The notes below the pieces were generated by a model. It saw only the letters and a program-made list of their open reading frames with translations. It was not told where the DNA came from and ran no database searches. A DNA stretch of 64,000 bases from Phoronis australis (taxonomy: Eukaryota > Animalia > Phoronida), in NCBI GenBank assembly GCA_002633005.1, contig NMRA01000662.1:133375-197374 (forward strand), read 5' to 3'. The position numbers and the translations under genes were made by a program. Of the stretch, positions 26,094-39,074 are shown piece by piece (positions within the stretch are counted from its first letter, which is position 1; the number at the start of each line of letters is the position of its first letter).

Positions 26094-29000
26094 GTAAGCT
26101 CTTTTGACATGTTCACATTCCATTGATGTCATTTTTATTCATAACCACCGGTAACACAAGGAGACGTTATCGATGACATATACGTACGCGTTGTTAGTGC
26201 ACGTGCGCGAGAGTGCAATGTGATAGTAAAGCGGACATTTACAACAGTTCCGACGAAGTAAATCCTTTCTAGGCATAAAAACAGACACGTAAACCACATC
26301 TTAATCGCATGATCTCACGAGAAACAAATGTGCGGCCGGAGTTGCAGAAATTTATCGCCAACAATAGAATACTTGCGCTTGACAAAAATTCTCGGGAGGG
26401 CTATTATGAAAACAATAGGAAGAGTTTGTCGGGTCGACAAAGCGTTTCCTGTTTTGTTTATGACTTCATTTAAAAGTCGTAGGAGAATGATCTCATGTGC
26501 CAGCCATTAAACCGGCGATGAAAACAGGGTATAACAACACTCGCGGTGTCAGCTCAGCGGTCACGGACAAGATGTCACGGGCGTTACTGACATTTGAAAG
26601 AGCAAAAAGCTGTACGTGAACGACTATAAGTTTTGTCTTCAAAAGTTTTGAAAATGGTCAAGAGATAAAAAAGATTGCCAGAATTAAGAAAACACGGCCA
26701 CATTGATTGATTGAAATGCGAACTGTCGGCCGCCACGTGTTCGGTTAACGGCATTTTCACTTAGAGCGGTTTTGACTTTCTTTTTGAGATGGTTGTTTTG
26801 AAAATATTTTAATATCTTAATATAGAAGTTTATCAAATATTCGATTCGCAGTCGTGTGGCAATGACTTGTTTGAAGGATAGAATTCATGCCGTCAAAACA
26901 ACATCTGACTGGACAAAAATGGTATTGAGCGCTTTTCTGTACACGTCTTATGGAAAAATGCTAAAATAAACGCTTTGTCGCTTAACCGACTTGTATGAAA
27001 AATCCTGATCGGTGCCGTTGCGAGGCACGCCGATAGACTCACTCACATCGCTCCCACCTGGATTTCGAAAATCTCAACTCACTGGCTACGTCATCACTCC
27101 CACACACTCGAAAAGCGCGCAGCAACCTATGAAGTGGTTCGCCGTGAACGCGTGAGCACCGACAGTAAAGGAGAGCTGCAATTGTTTTAATAACTTACAG
27201 TAATTGACTCTAGAAACTGCTCAAGAACAGCTCATAATCCAAAACGTGACAGGCCAATCCTTCGTGTCTTAAAGAATATTAATAGCGTAAAAACTGTATA
27301 TAGGCTCAGTTTGCGTAGGAACCGGAGTCTGTTATGACGTACACACGTATGTAAACGCAAACTGTTACAACGTGCAACAAATACCAGCCGACTATAAATC
27401 TATATGAATTGATAAACTACGTTCGGCGTTAAATTAAAAAAACAATATTCATAAAATTCTAATTATCTATCAGTTCAGTCAATTATTAGTTTTAATGAAC
27501 CAGTTTTGCTGGAACTTATTTAAATTTGTTCGTAAAGTTCATGCTTTGCTTACCATTAGTATCAATGGTACTTTTTATGTGAACATTAACTGTTATTTAT
27601 TTCAGACGTTACAGAGCTTAAAATTGATCAATGTTAATTTGTTATACATTTCTTTGTTTTACAGGCGAGATGGAGAGCCCCCTATTGTGAAAGGTCACGT
27701 GCTGTGGGGCAGCGGAGAAGATTTCAACAAGCATGCTGTAAACTTTTTACACAACTGCCGAAAAGCATACGGAAAAATATTTACAATTCGTTTACTAAAC
27801 CAGTACATGACGATTGTGGCAGATCCACACAGCTACGACAGCTTTTGCAAGGAGAAAAATTTCGACTTCGACCCGATTCAAAAACAGGTCAATAACAACG
27901 TGTTCGGTTTTGTTTTGAAAGACGCAAAATCGCAGATTAAAGCTGCTTCCAAAACTGTGCGCGGCGCAGCACTGGAGAACAATTTGAGAAGCTTTTGCGA
28001 AAACCTAGACGAAGCCATTACAATTACAACCCCTGACTCAGACAATAATAACCCCTCCAAAGAGTGGACGGAAATTGGTTTGCGCGAGCTCACGTGCAAA
28101 ACCATATTCCACGCCATTTTTTACTCCATCTTTGGACGTTCCAGTAAAAGCGACATTTTCGACGCAGTCCCCTATTGTAAAGAGTTCGAAATCTTCCATC
28201 ACTACTTTAACTATCTATGGCTGGGACTTCCCCTGAAAATGTTTCCCGAAGCAGTGAAATCTCTGGAGAAACTTATCAAAGTTCCCAGCTCAGAACAACT
28301 TCTCAGCAACGGAGACGCGTCGGAATACATCCGTGTGGCTATAGAATTCATGCGCAACGTTGGTCAAACAGAGACTGATATTATTGGACACAACCTGGTC
28401 TATTTGCACGTGAATTACAACACGTTCAAAATTGCATTCTGGATGCTTAACAACATTCTCGAACATCCCGCGGCGCATAAAGATCTGATGACGGAACTGG
28501 ACGAACTGGTTAAAGAGAAACAGCACGTGACAGGAGAGGAGGACGTGAACCTCTGTTTGGCGGACATTGAGGGCATGAAAGTTTTAGGTAGGTTGTCTGT
28601 CACTGTGGATCTGAACATTTTGGCCTTTACATGTTTTCAAACGATAATTTTCCTAATTGTTTATCAGTTTTTTAATTAAATTCTCTAATGTGTGTCTGGC
28701 TCAGACACCAATGTTATTTTTGTTAATATTAGGCGTATTCGAAAATGGGCAGGTGTCGTTCGAACTGCCAGAGTCCTACGCTTAGGAATGTGTTTGGTGG
28801 AGCAAGCCAACAATTTCTGTATAATGCGAGGCTTGTGTGTTCCATTATTCGTCAACATTCCAGCGTAAATTGAACAAATGTGAACAATTAGAATTTAAAG
28901 TGCTCTGTTTATGCAGCTGACTAGAACAAAAATGGCGGCCACACTCGACGGTTAACACGTGCGAGTTTTTTCTTTGGACTTAATGTTCCCTTTTCTATCC

Positions 29001-29894
29001 TGTGTGCCATTGTTTCATTACTATTAAACATGTTATTACGATATTTCCGCACAAATTCTGTTTTCGAGCGGAATATTTTTTAGCCTTTTTCGCACATGGT
29101 ACAAAAGAGGGCGATCCTCCCTTGTCTCTTCAAGGCACTCCCGCTCCTGTAAAGAGTTCCTGTTGAGAAAGAATTTGATGTTAGTTCATATGGACGCTCT
29201 CTCAGTTACTGTTTTCTCTTGATTACAGACAGCGTCGTGAAAGAGAGCTTCCGTCTTGCCAGCGGTGTGTTCATGGTGCGTTACGTCGTCGACGACACTG
29301 AATTTACCTCAGCAGACGGGTCTACTTACTATCTTCGTAAGGGTGACCGCGTGGCTGTCTATCCCCCAGCTATCCACAAAGACCCAGAGATGTTTGAAGA
29401 CCCCCTGGTGAGTGATGTTGGAAATATCTTTACTTCAACCTCTTGGCATATTTGTGCGTTATTCGTCTGTGTCCTCGTGTATGGCATATTCTGACAGTTT
29501 CTGTTTCACCTCATTGTAACTTGAATTTCAGAAATTTAATTTGTTTCTCACTAAAAGATATTTTATTTGCTAAAGTTAAATAATGTTGCGTTTTGCTGTG
29601 TTACAGGTTTTCAAGCACGACAGGTTCATCGACGCTACTTTTTACAAAGACGGCAAGGCAGTTAAGCACCCTATACTTTCATTCGGTGCTCTATGTCCGG
29701 GAAAACGTTTAGCGCTTGTTGAAGCCAAAATATTCATCTTGTCTATGTTAAACAATTTCGAAATGAATATAATGGACGGTGAGAAAGCCGAATATGACAA
29801 CAAATACCACGGACACGAGATCTTGCCCCCTGTCAGCGATGTCAAGATGCAATACAGAGAAAAGGCTGTTAAGCACCGGCTTAGTTTCTTATAA
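26011..29894 (+). CDS. CYP7: CYP7-clan cytochrome P450 (cholesterol 7-alpha-hydroxylase/CYP7-CYP8-like), 4 exons: join(26011-26093,27665-28587,29229-29407,29607-29894), 1473 nt, 490 aa
   Basis: Signal-anchor MGIVLPILIAAALVLGSYYIL, RRDGEPPIVKG...YGKIFTIRL (CYP7A1 has RQTGEPPLENG...HGHVFTCKL), ExxR (KESFR), YLRKGDRVAVYPPAIHKDPEMFEDP, FKHDRF, heme Cys in FGALCPG; all introns GT-AG with consistent phases. Confidence 0.92.
27665..28587 (+). CDS. CYP7: CYP7-like exon 2
   Basis: ttgttttacag|G CGA GAT GGA GAG CCC ... GTT TTA G|gtaggt. Confidence 0.93.
29229..29407 (+). CDS. CYP7: CYP7-like exon 3 (K helix ExxR)
   Basis: ttgattacag|AC AGC GTC GTG AAA GAG AGC TTC CGT ... GAC CCC CTG|gtgagt. Confidence 0.93.
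29607..29894 (+). CDS. CYP7: CYP7-like exon 4 (meander and heme Cys)
   Basis: tgtgttacag|GTT TTC AAG CAC GAC AGG TTC ... FGALCPGKRLA ... LSFL TAA. Confidence 0.93.
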   Translation, partial: VFKHDRFIDATFYKDGKAVKHPILSFGALCPGKRLALVEAKIFILSMLNNFEMNIMDGEKAEYDNKYHGHEILPPVSDVKMQYREKAVKHRLSFL

Positions 29895-29969
29895 TAGCAA
29901 TCGTCTGAGATGAATGGGTAAATCTGAAGCTGTCGTTGAAATGCTGCACGTCATTCAGAAACTCACCAG

Positions 29970-30180
29970 GGGTGCGTTCTGTAGACAAAGTTTCTTGCGA
30001 GATCACGCAAGATTACGCCAGTGAAAAGAGGGTTTCGAGAGTGTGCTCGAGATCTTACTAGAAAAATGGAGGTGATTGGCAGCCTGAATTAGGGATATAA
30101 TTCATAAATTATAGATTTCATAAAAAAGTATTTTTCACCACAAGAGCGTGGCTAATGTCTCAGGTCTACGGAACGCAACC
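29970..30180. mobile_element. PIF/Harbinger-type MITE just after the CYP stop codon
   Basis: 17-bp TIRs GGGTGCGTTCTGTAGAC / GTCTACGGAACGCAACC (2 mismatches), 3-bp TSD CAG on both sides. Confidence 0.8.
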
Positions 30181-33075
30181 CAGTTACGTGAATGTTTCAA
30201 AACGATCCCCAGACATTATGGAGGAAAGCCGGAAATAGTCGAGTCCGTCCGCCATCATTCATCCATCTCAACTTGTACCATTCTGAAATTTGCTCAACAG
30301 AACGTGAATTAAGATTTTAAATTATTTATTGTGTAGATATTTTTGTTATTCACGGCGAGTAGGTTTCATTTTGGTCAATATTTATTTTATTATGTCTCAT
30401 CATTCATTACTGTATAAAGGTTTAATTTATTTTTATTTATAAATACTTTAGTTTACATTATGACCTGAACTACAAGGAGATATTGTGAAAAATGTGCCTG
30501 GGATATCTGGTCACTATTACATAACTTTGTACATAGTGACTTGTTGACAACGCTTATTTAAGGCATTGTACTTTAAATCACATAGACTAAATTGATGCAT
30601 ATCACATTTTTCATGAAGGTACTCAGCTTTCATAAGGATTGGATTAAAGTATGTAAATCGAATTCATTCACTACTCTATTGCTTGAGTTCGGCTTATGTT
30701 AAAGCAGACGATCTGAGCATGGTTCTTACTCGTGTCTTCATTCCAGTTCGCGCCATTTTGGACAAATCTCTCACATTTGGCATCAGAGTTCTTGACATTC
30801 TCCATTGGTGGCTACTTAGACAAAACAACACCATGCATTGATTAGCCGTTAATCCAAATGACGTCATTTTATAGAAACCATCTCTCCTAAACAGGTGCCC
30901 TGGATGTTAAAAACTGGATCAACGACCTTGAATATGGCCGCTCACTGAAGCATATATTTTTTTAGATCCGTGAGCACCAAACTGACAGTTTCCCGAACTA
31001 TCACTACCGGGTTATTTTTGTTCGTCTTCAAGACGTGAGTCTATAAAGCAGCTACTGCTCCAGCTCGAAACCTAATTAATTAAAGCAAATATGAAATGAT
31101 ATCTGAAGTTCAGAACTTTAAAAGTCATTTTATCACATTTCTTCGCGCTTGTGATAGCCCGGCAAGTCTGTTGGTTCTCATCAACTTAACGGTTGTAGCC
31201 AACTTCTGTGGCCTTGCATTCGCAAAATCTCTTGATGACATAACTTAATGCAAGAATGTCATTATTTGCAGTCACTGTCGGACTTTAATTGTTTAAATAC
31301 TAATTAATTTTGTGTCTTATTATATAACTGTATATCATTCATCATGCAATGACATATATCAATAAATTATTTGACTCTTTGCTAACTTTGACTTTTTCTA
31401 ACACTATGTTGGCTATAGCACCATTGTCATTTTTCATGAACTGCACCGCTGCACAGTCGCATACAGCTAAGATTAGATAAAGTCAAAGTATGTCTGTCAA
31501 GTTTGAGAAGGAGAATCTAGGGGCAGAGACAACAAGAATCGTCCCATACAGTGATGGGAGTGAAGTCAGACACATATACTAGCCATATTAAGACCGTTCT
31601 AGAAAGAATCTCAGACACCAGTAAAAATAAAATAATTTGGCAATTCATGTGTAAAAAGAAACAAGGAAAAATCGCTTGATAAAGAAAGGGTTCAGACAAG
31701 GAGAAACTGACGTTGGAATAGTTTAACTGGAGGAGTGATTTAGAATCACTTAAGATAAAAATGATTAAAAGCAAAGTGAATTGAAAAGGGCGAAAGTCTG
31801 ACAAACTATGTTTTCATTTTGGTGTTCAGACATTTTAAAAATAAATTAATCAGCTAAAGTGAATTACACAACCGACAAACACTTTTTTTAAACCGAATAG
31901 ATCAAGATTGAGTCTTATACTGGAATAAAAACTTAAAAATTAGCGACGTAGCGTCCTTATCTTTTTTTTAAACCGAATTTCAAGAAAAGATTATATAATT
32001 ATTCGATGAAAGTAGGGACAGTTCAAACTGCTTCCAGACAGTCAAGTGAAAAGGTACGAGACAACATGGTGAAATGAACTTTAAGATGTGAAGAATTGCT
32101 AAAAGAACAGGGTCAAATGGTCTCCGCAAAATTTAAAACACTTTTGGAGTGACTTAAATCACCGTGATTAATTAAAGACACGAAAGCTATTTTGTAGACG
32201 GAATGTCACCAGCTTAGATTCTTGCCGCAAACTTGTTACGAAAGTCCTACAGGGCTGACACCTATCCCAGACACTAAACGCTGAAAGAGTTGAAGGTCAA
32301 TAGATCAACCCGATCTCACCGTTGCTATCTGTGTTGAGTACCATCACTAGTTACATACATGCCTAAAATTGCAGGCGGTCTAGTACACGCTGTACGAGAC
32401 ATGCACAGGCCGCTCGAATGGGCTCATTCGCACTGATCACCTGGAACCATTTTTATGCTTTATAGATACGTAGATAAAACCGAAATGAGGAGCTAGAGAC
32501 GTGACTCAAGGGTAGGACAGTGTGCCTCAAAGGGACACGAACCTACAACTCGGAGTGAAAGAAGCGGACACCCATCTCACTAGGCCACATCGCATCCTCT
32601 CGTAGTTACATATAATAAAGATAAATGAATCAAAAACGAATAATGAAGGCAGACGACGATACTGTTTGGTGGTACTACAAGACCTGATTTCACCATCGTC
32701 CTTACTCGGAATGATTTCTAGCTTTGACAACTGACGTGTCGTTATTGGCTCAGATCGAGGCACATAAGTTGCTTGTCACGGCATGAAGGCCAGTGAATCT
32801 ATCATGAAATTTCAGGCCGCTATCTATTGTGACAAAATGGCAATTCAAACAGAAAATGTAAAACACCGGACGGCGTTGCATTGTCAGAGCAAACACGCAT
32901 GTATTGAAAATTGATGTTTTGTCACCAACGCTTGGTTTTATAGCAGATTTAAACGAGACAGGAAGGCTTAAATTATGATTAAAGACTTTGGAGATGGCAC
33001 AGTCAAGATGGTTGTAGTAAAACTCTTTAAGGAGTGACATTATCGGAGAAAAAATGGTTTCATGGGATCAAAGAA

Positions 33076-33098
33076 AGGTCAGAGAAAGGTCAGGTTCA
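33076..33098 (+). promoter_or_regulatory. Consensus DR5 element AGGTCA-GAGAA-AGGTCA immediately followed by a third half-site GGTTCA
   Basis: Exact match; function untested. Confidence 0.35.
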
Positions 33099-34846
33099 GA
33101 GCGACACCTGGCACTTTCGTGGCTCAGTCAAACGCTAAATCACAGTGAAATTTAAGTCACCGGCGGGTCTCGATTTCAGGGAATATCTGGCAGACAATGG
33201 CGAGAATTGACGATTTGTAATAAAATCACGAAAGCACAACGGATTTTATCGTTTTGTATTCTGATCAAACTCATAACTTCAAAATGTTCTCCCGTACATC
33301 AATAATCCAAAAATGGATTATTCAACCGTAAAACGACAACGTTTATTTGATGAATTCGTCGAAATGACCCAGTCGTGGTTTGCCTCAGACATATCAATAC
33401 TTGTTAATGATAACTAAATGATAGATACAAAATTAGATATAACCAATGGAAAAATATGTTCTGTTTCTAGAGATTTTATTTCAAGTAACACGTAGTGAGA
33501 GACATCTTTTCTACAAGTATACAATATAATGAACAGAGTGGTCTGAGATAAAAAATACAACAACGAAAACGTTTTTTTGTAAACATAAAATAATCGTATT
33601 TACATATAGGCATATCAGGATCATTAACGAGGATGTGTTTTTTAAATATTCATATTCAACTTAAACTGACACTGAGATGCCCAGGTTTCACAAAACATAC
33701 GGCGGGCTCTGAATAAATGAAATTCTTAATTCTTCACGGATCGAGTATTTAAACACCTACACACCTTCAGACCTACATCTTACATATAAAACATTGAAAC
33801 ACATAAAATCTACATGGTAACAAATTTGGGGATTTTGGTTGATTTTTTCACTTTTACCCCACAACCAGCAATTTATGAGGAGTTGGACCGCCGCTGTTTC
33901 ACTCTTTCGTGGTTTTCCGTATCCCCTGCCTGTCAGTTTTGACATAGCGACTTCACAACAGGGCAGCGGTACGGAGACATTCGCAAGAAGCAAGGGCTAG
34001 AAATCTTTTCTTACGGAAGTGAATTCTGTCCAATGGGAGACTTTCAGAAGCGATGGGGACTGACCACTTGAGACCGCTGACTCATATCGCCACCTAGCTG
34101 AACCAGGAGTAACTTTGTCTTCGCAGGGGGTGGCATACGGAAGAGTGAAAAGACCTCTTTACGATTAGACGTGATGCGTTTTAAACATAAGATATGAGGT
34201 GCCTCCTCGTCATCTGGAGGCCACTGGTATCCGGACCCACATGACCAGTCCCTACGTTGGTGTTTTAAAGTCCCCCATTCAACACAGTGGGGGATCAAGG
34301 CTAGAATAAGGCCGGGGGGGGGGGGNNNNNNNNNNNNNNNNNNNNNNNNNNNNNNNNNNNNNNNNNNNNNNNNNNNNNNNNNNNNNNNNNNGGCGGCGGG
34401 CCCTCTGGGCCCCCAAATCCGTCTATACAACATTCCAGCCTGATCTCCGGCCAATCACTTCAGCGGCCGCCATTTTCGCCCATTACGCTTGTAAGCTCAA
34501 GTGCATACTCGCGAAACAAGGAAACTCGCACGATTTTTTTCTTGCTATTTCGCAAATTTTTACACATTATAATGCTTACCCTGGCCTTTGCACCCGATGC
34601 AGTAATCGAGTATGATTGCCTGAAATTTGATCACAAAAATGTAACACAAAAAATTTTTACGATGCAGGGTGAGTTGTATCCGATAAAGTTAACAATCGGT
34701 ATTTGAATCCGCGGGACCCGATGAATTTCTGTAAACAACATGACCCTACTTCCGTTTCTCGGCATATAGCCTCGCCCTCGACGAAACGGCGACAAAATGT
34801 AAGATTTACACACGAGCAGTACTGAGCCATTTAGAGCAACGATAGC

Positions 34847-37787
34847 TTTCAAATCTCTACAAAATAGTTTTGACAGACGCTGTCAAATGGTGTCATTGAA
34901 ATCTCGATTCTTGAAAGAGGTGTGACGAAGGTGTTGAAGTTTTTTATCCTCAAAGTCTTCCTAAAACACAATATTGATCAGCGAGTCCACTTTCGTTTCT
35001 TATTTCAATTGTTGTGATGACCGCGCGACTGCATGTGTCAACAACTGAACCATGGCTACGCAGACCCCCCGGGGGACACTCCACTAGTGACAGCGTGACT
35101 ACAGGTGTTGCTACTCAACAACTGAACCATGACCAAGCAGGCCGCGTGACACTCGACGGCTTTTTGACGAGGGTGTGCGACTGGGTAGTTAACATGCCCA
35201 TCCTTTTATAGAGGACAACAGCATAAATAGCAGCCTTTTTAGAAATAAAAACGATTTAAAAGAATCTATTGTAGCCATTCGTTGCGTATGGATTTAAATA
35301 CTATATAGACCAAATAACACATTTAAGTGAGCTAAAAAGGTCTTTCAAGCAAATTTACGCCGCCAAAGTGAGCGAATTTTACCCCCACAGGCGGAGAACC
35401 GCTGAGATACGCTTCTGACCGCTTCATTGCCCGCCGCAATTTTTGACAATAGGAAGACGATCGCGTGCGGCCGGGAGAATAATCGGTGGCGACAGGAAGG
35501 ATGAACGGAAGAGCGAGGGTTTTGAATAGCATTGGGATACGAGAGTGCCAAGGCCTCATTTCTAACGTAGTTTTTTGGTATTATTATACTCTCAAGCAAA
35601 AAATAAGTAGGCGAACGTGGACACATTGGGCTCGGTAGATTTGAGGAATTTTAACGTAAGTTCACTGCAAATAAACGAAAAAGGCGACACAGCTAGGAGA
35701 CTCAACGACAGAAATAAACTAAAAAATAGTTTTACTGGCTGACTGATTGACTGCTTAGTAATGCTAGGCCAATGTAACTTCAGATTGCTTTTACTCAATA
35801 CTCAGATAGTCAGACCGCAAATTAATCGTTTCATGTCTCGAAAGCATATTCCTGTCCGAAGCATATTGGTCCGATATATTGATGATGTCAAATGGATGTT
35901 CAGCAGTGGCAACAGATGCCGCCACTGATTTGCCCTTTTTCTTTTTCTTTTTCTTTTTCAAGTCTGAATGTGCGAGACGGATCTAAGCCAAGATAGCTGC
36001 GCAATAAACAATAAAAAATGCGTCATATATAGTTCCATAAATAAACCTCGTCAGTTACACTCACAAAATGTTGATTCGTGGAATTTATCACAGCATGGCA
36101 GTAATTAATGATAGTTCAAAACCTATGAGTCTCATCAGACGAAATGGAATGGACACATCTTGGAAATTACATCTTCTACCAATCTATCAACAGTGTCATT
36201 CAACAATGTGCCGGAAATTTCACTGCCAGAAATTCACAAAACAAAGTTTTAATGTGAAATTTTGAAGCCATGTTGAAAGAGCCCTATATGGGAGCAAAAA
36301 CTGCATCGAATAAGNTTTAAATCTCTACAAAATAGTTTTGACAAACGCTGTCAAATGGTATCACTGAAATCTCGATTCTTGAAAGAGGTGGTACGAAGGT
36401 GTTGAAGTTTTTTTATCCACAAAGTCTTCCTAAAACACAATGTTGATCGGGGAGCCCACTTTCGTGTCTCATTTCAATTGTTGTGATGACCGCGCGACTG
36501 CATGTATTGCTGCTCAACAACTGAACCATGGCTAAGCAGACCCCCAAGGGGACACTCCACTAATGACAGCGTGACTACAGGTGTTGCTACTCAACAACTG
36601 AACCATGACCAAGCAGGCCGCGTGACACTCGACGGCCTTTTGACGAGGGTGTGCGACTAGGTAGTTAACATGTCCATCCTTTTAGAGAGGACAACAGCAT
36701 AAATAGCAGCCTTTTTAGAAATAAAAATGATTTAAAAGAATCTATTGTAGCCATTCGTTGCGTATGGATTTAAATACTATATAGACCAAATAACACATTT
36801 AAGTGAGCTAAAAAGGTCTTTCAAGCAAATTTACGCCGCCAAAGTGAGCGAATTTTACCCCCACAAGCGGAGAACCGCTGAGATACGCTTCTGACCGCTT
36901 CATTGCCCGCCGCAATTTTTGACAATAGGAAGACGATCACGTGCAGCCGGGAGAATAATCGGTGGCGACAGGAAGGATGAACGGAAGAGCGAGGGTTTTG
37001 AATAGCATTGGGATACGAGAGTGCCAAGGCCTCATTTCTAACGTAGTTTTTTGGTATTATACTCTCAAGCAAAAAAATAAGCAGGCGAACGTGGACACAT
37101 TGGGCTCGGTAGATTTGAGGAATTTTAACGTAAGTTCACTACAAATAAACGAAAAAGGCGACACAGCTAGGAGACTCAACGACAGAAATAAACTAAAAAA
37201 TAGTTTTACTGGCTGACTGATTGACAGCTTAGTAATGCTAGGCCAATGTAACTTCAGATTGCTTTTACTCAATACTCAGATAGTCAGACCGCAAATTAAT
37301 CGTTTCATGTCTCGAAAGCATATTCCTGTCCGAAGCATATTGGTCCGATATATTGATGATGTCAAATGGATGTTCAGCAGTGGCAACAGATGCCGCCACT
37401 GATTTGCCCTTTTTCTTTTTCTTTTTCTTTTTCTAGTCTGAATGTGCGAGACGGATCTAAGCCAAGATAGCTGCGCAATAAACAATAAAAAATGCGTCAT
37501 ATTTTGTTCCATAAATAAACCTCGTCAGTTACACTCACAAAATGTTAATTCGTGGAATTTATCACAGCATGGCAGTAATTAATTATAGTTCAAAACCTAT
37601 GAGTCTCATCAGACGAAATGGAATGGACACATCTTGGAAATTACATCTTCTACCAATCTATCAACAGTGTCATTCAACAATGTGCCGGAAATTTCACTGC
37701 CAGAAATTCACAAAACAAAGTTTAATGTGAAATTTTGAAGCCATGTTGAAAGAGCCCTATATGGGAGCAAAAACTGCATCGAATAAG
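34847..37787. repeat. ~1.47-kb near-identical tandem duplication (34847-36314 / 36316-37787) joined by a single N
   Basis: Copies are colinear with scattered SNPs and indels; junction at n36315. Confidence 0.95.
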
Positions 37788-39074
37788 AGACAAACAATTA
37801 CAAAATAGTACACTTTATCATAAAAGCACGAAATAAAGTATATTACCAAATGTTTGAATCAAATAAGACCAGATACTCAACGCTATCTCCATGGCGACAT
37901 CTGCCATCTTGGATTCGAAGATGTCGGATTCTTTCTTATGAAATTTCTCATCTAGGCTTGGTTAAACAGAAATGTACACATCTGTTTGGAAAGAAATGGG
38001 CATAATCAAACATCAAGACTTTTTTGGTGTTCCAAATAACACTTCAGGGTAAACCATTTATGATGGCATTAAAAATTTATCAATTATTTAAAAGTATAAT
38101 ACGCAGAAAACACTGAACAGCGAGAAACATTGAACAATACCCGGTGCCACGTATGTGATGCATGTAGGCTGAATCTCAGTCCACCCCCAAGTCAACCTAT
38201 CACATACGTGGGCAGGCGTTCCGTAGACGCGACAACCTCCCAATAACGCAGGATCACGCAACAGTTCGCGAGACATTGCAAAGCACGTCATCACACTAGT
38301 CTCTATCATCTTGGGTCTACGAACTGTGCCCGGCTATTGATCAAAGTTTCCCCGCGTTTGCCTCAAGATAAACGCTCACTACCAGGTGTCGCACTGAATT
38401 TTAAAAGTGCATTAAATTCGCAAAACCTGATTTACAAACATGTAGGCCTATTTTTTGACTCACGAGTGGGTTATTACTTCGAGTCTGCAGTGGCGAATCT
38501 AGGATATCGCAGAAAGGGGCCCAACCACACATATAGGAAGGCAAAGGTCCGCGTGCATTCCAAGCGGTCTCTGAAGGGAGGGTTTAAACACAATTTTAAA
38601 AGAAAATATGTGGGTAACGCCCAGTAATGATGGGTTGGTGACGTTTTTTAGTCGCCCGTGGAGCGTGTTCCCAGGCCCTTCGGTTCCCCTTTATGTTGTT
38701 AGATATGACACCACAGATATTACTTTATCTTGAAATATTACTCTAAAATTCCTTTACTCGGTGAACATATGTTAAGCCTATTCCGTACGCTTCTAAGACT
38801 AATTACATAAACACAATGTTACACAAGCACCGATGTTTCAATGAGCTTCAAACACTATGTACCACGGTACAATGTGCACACGTACATGCACTCACATATA
38901 AAGAACAAATTTGAAGTAGGGTTTTCTTGCAAGCAGCAGCTGCTGTTATTTTTCATTTAATTTTAAAGTAAGATAGCAGGTACTAGTGACCAGTGCAAAG
39001 ATAGATGCTTTATATAATAGTTACAGAATGTATTTTTGTCGACAGTCTTGTTCTTTTCCAAGTTGCACGATGAT

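Noticed and set aside
27495-27664. N-terminal part of the 394-aa ORF as the CYP start
   Set aside because: Intronic read-through; the true exon 1 with membrane anchor is 26011-26093. ORF tails after 28587 and 29407 are likewise intronic
33860-34300. Coding-like minus-strand stretch next to the gap
   Set aside because: No recognisable domain, frames interrupted, abuts an N-run; cannot be supported
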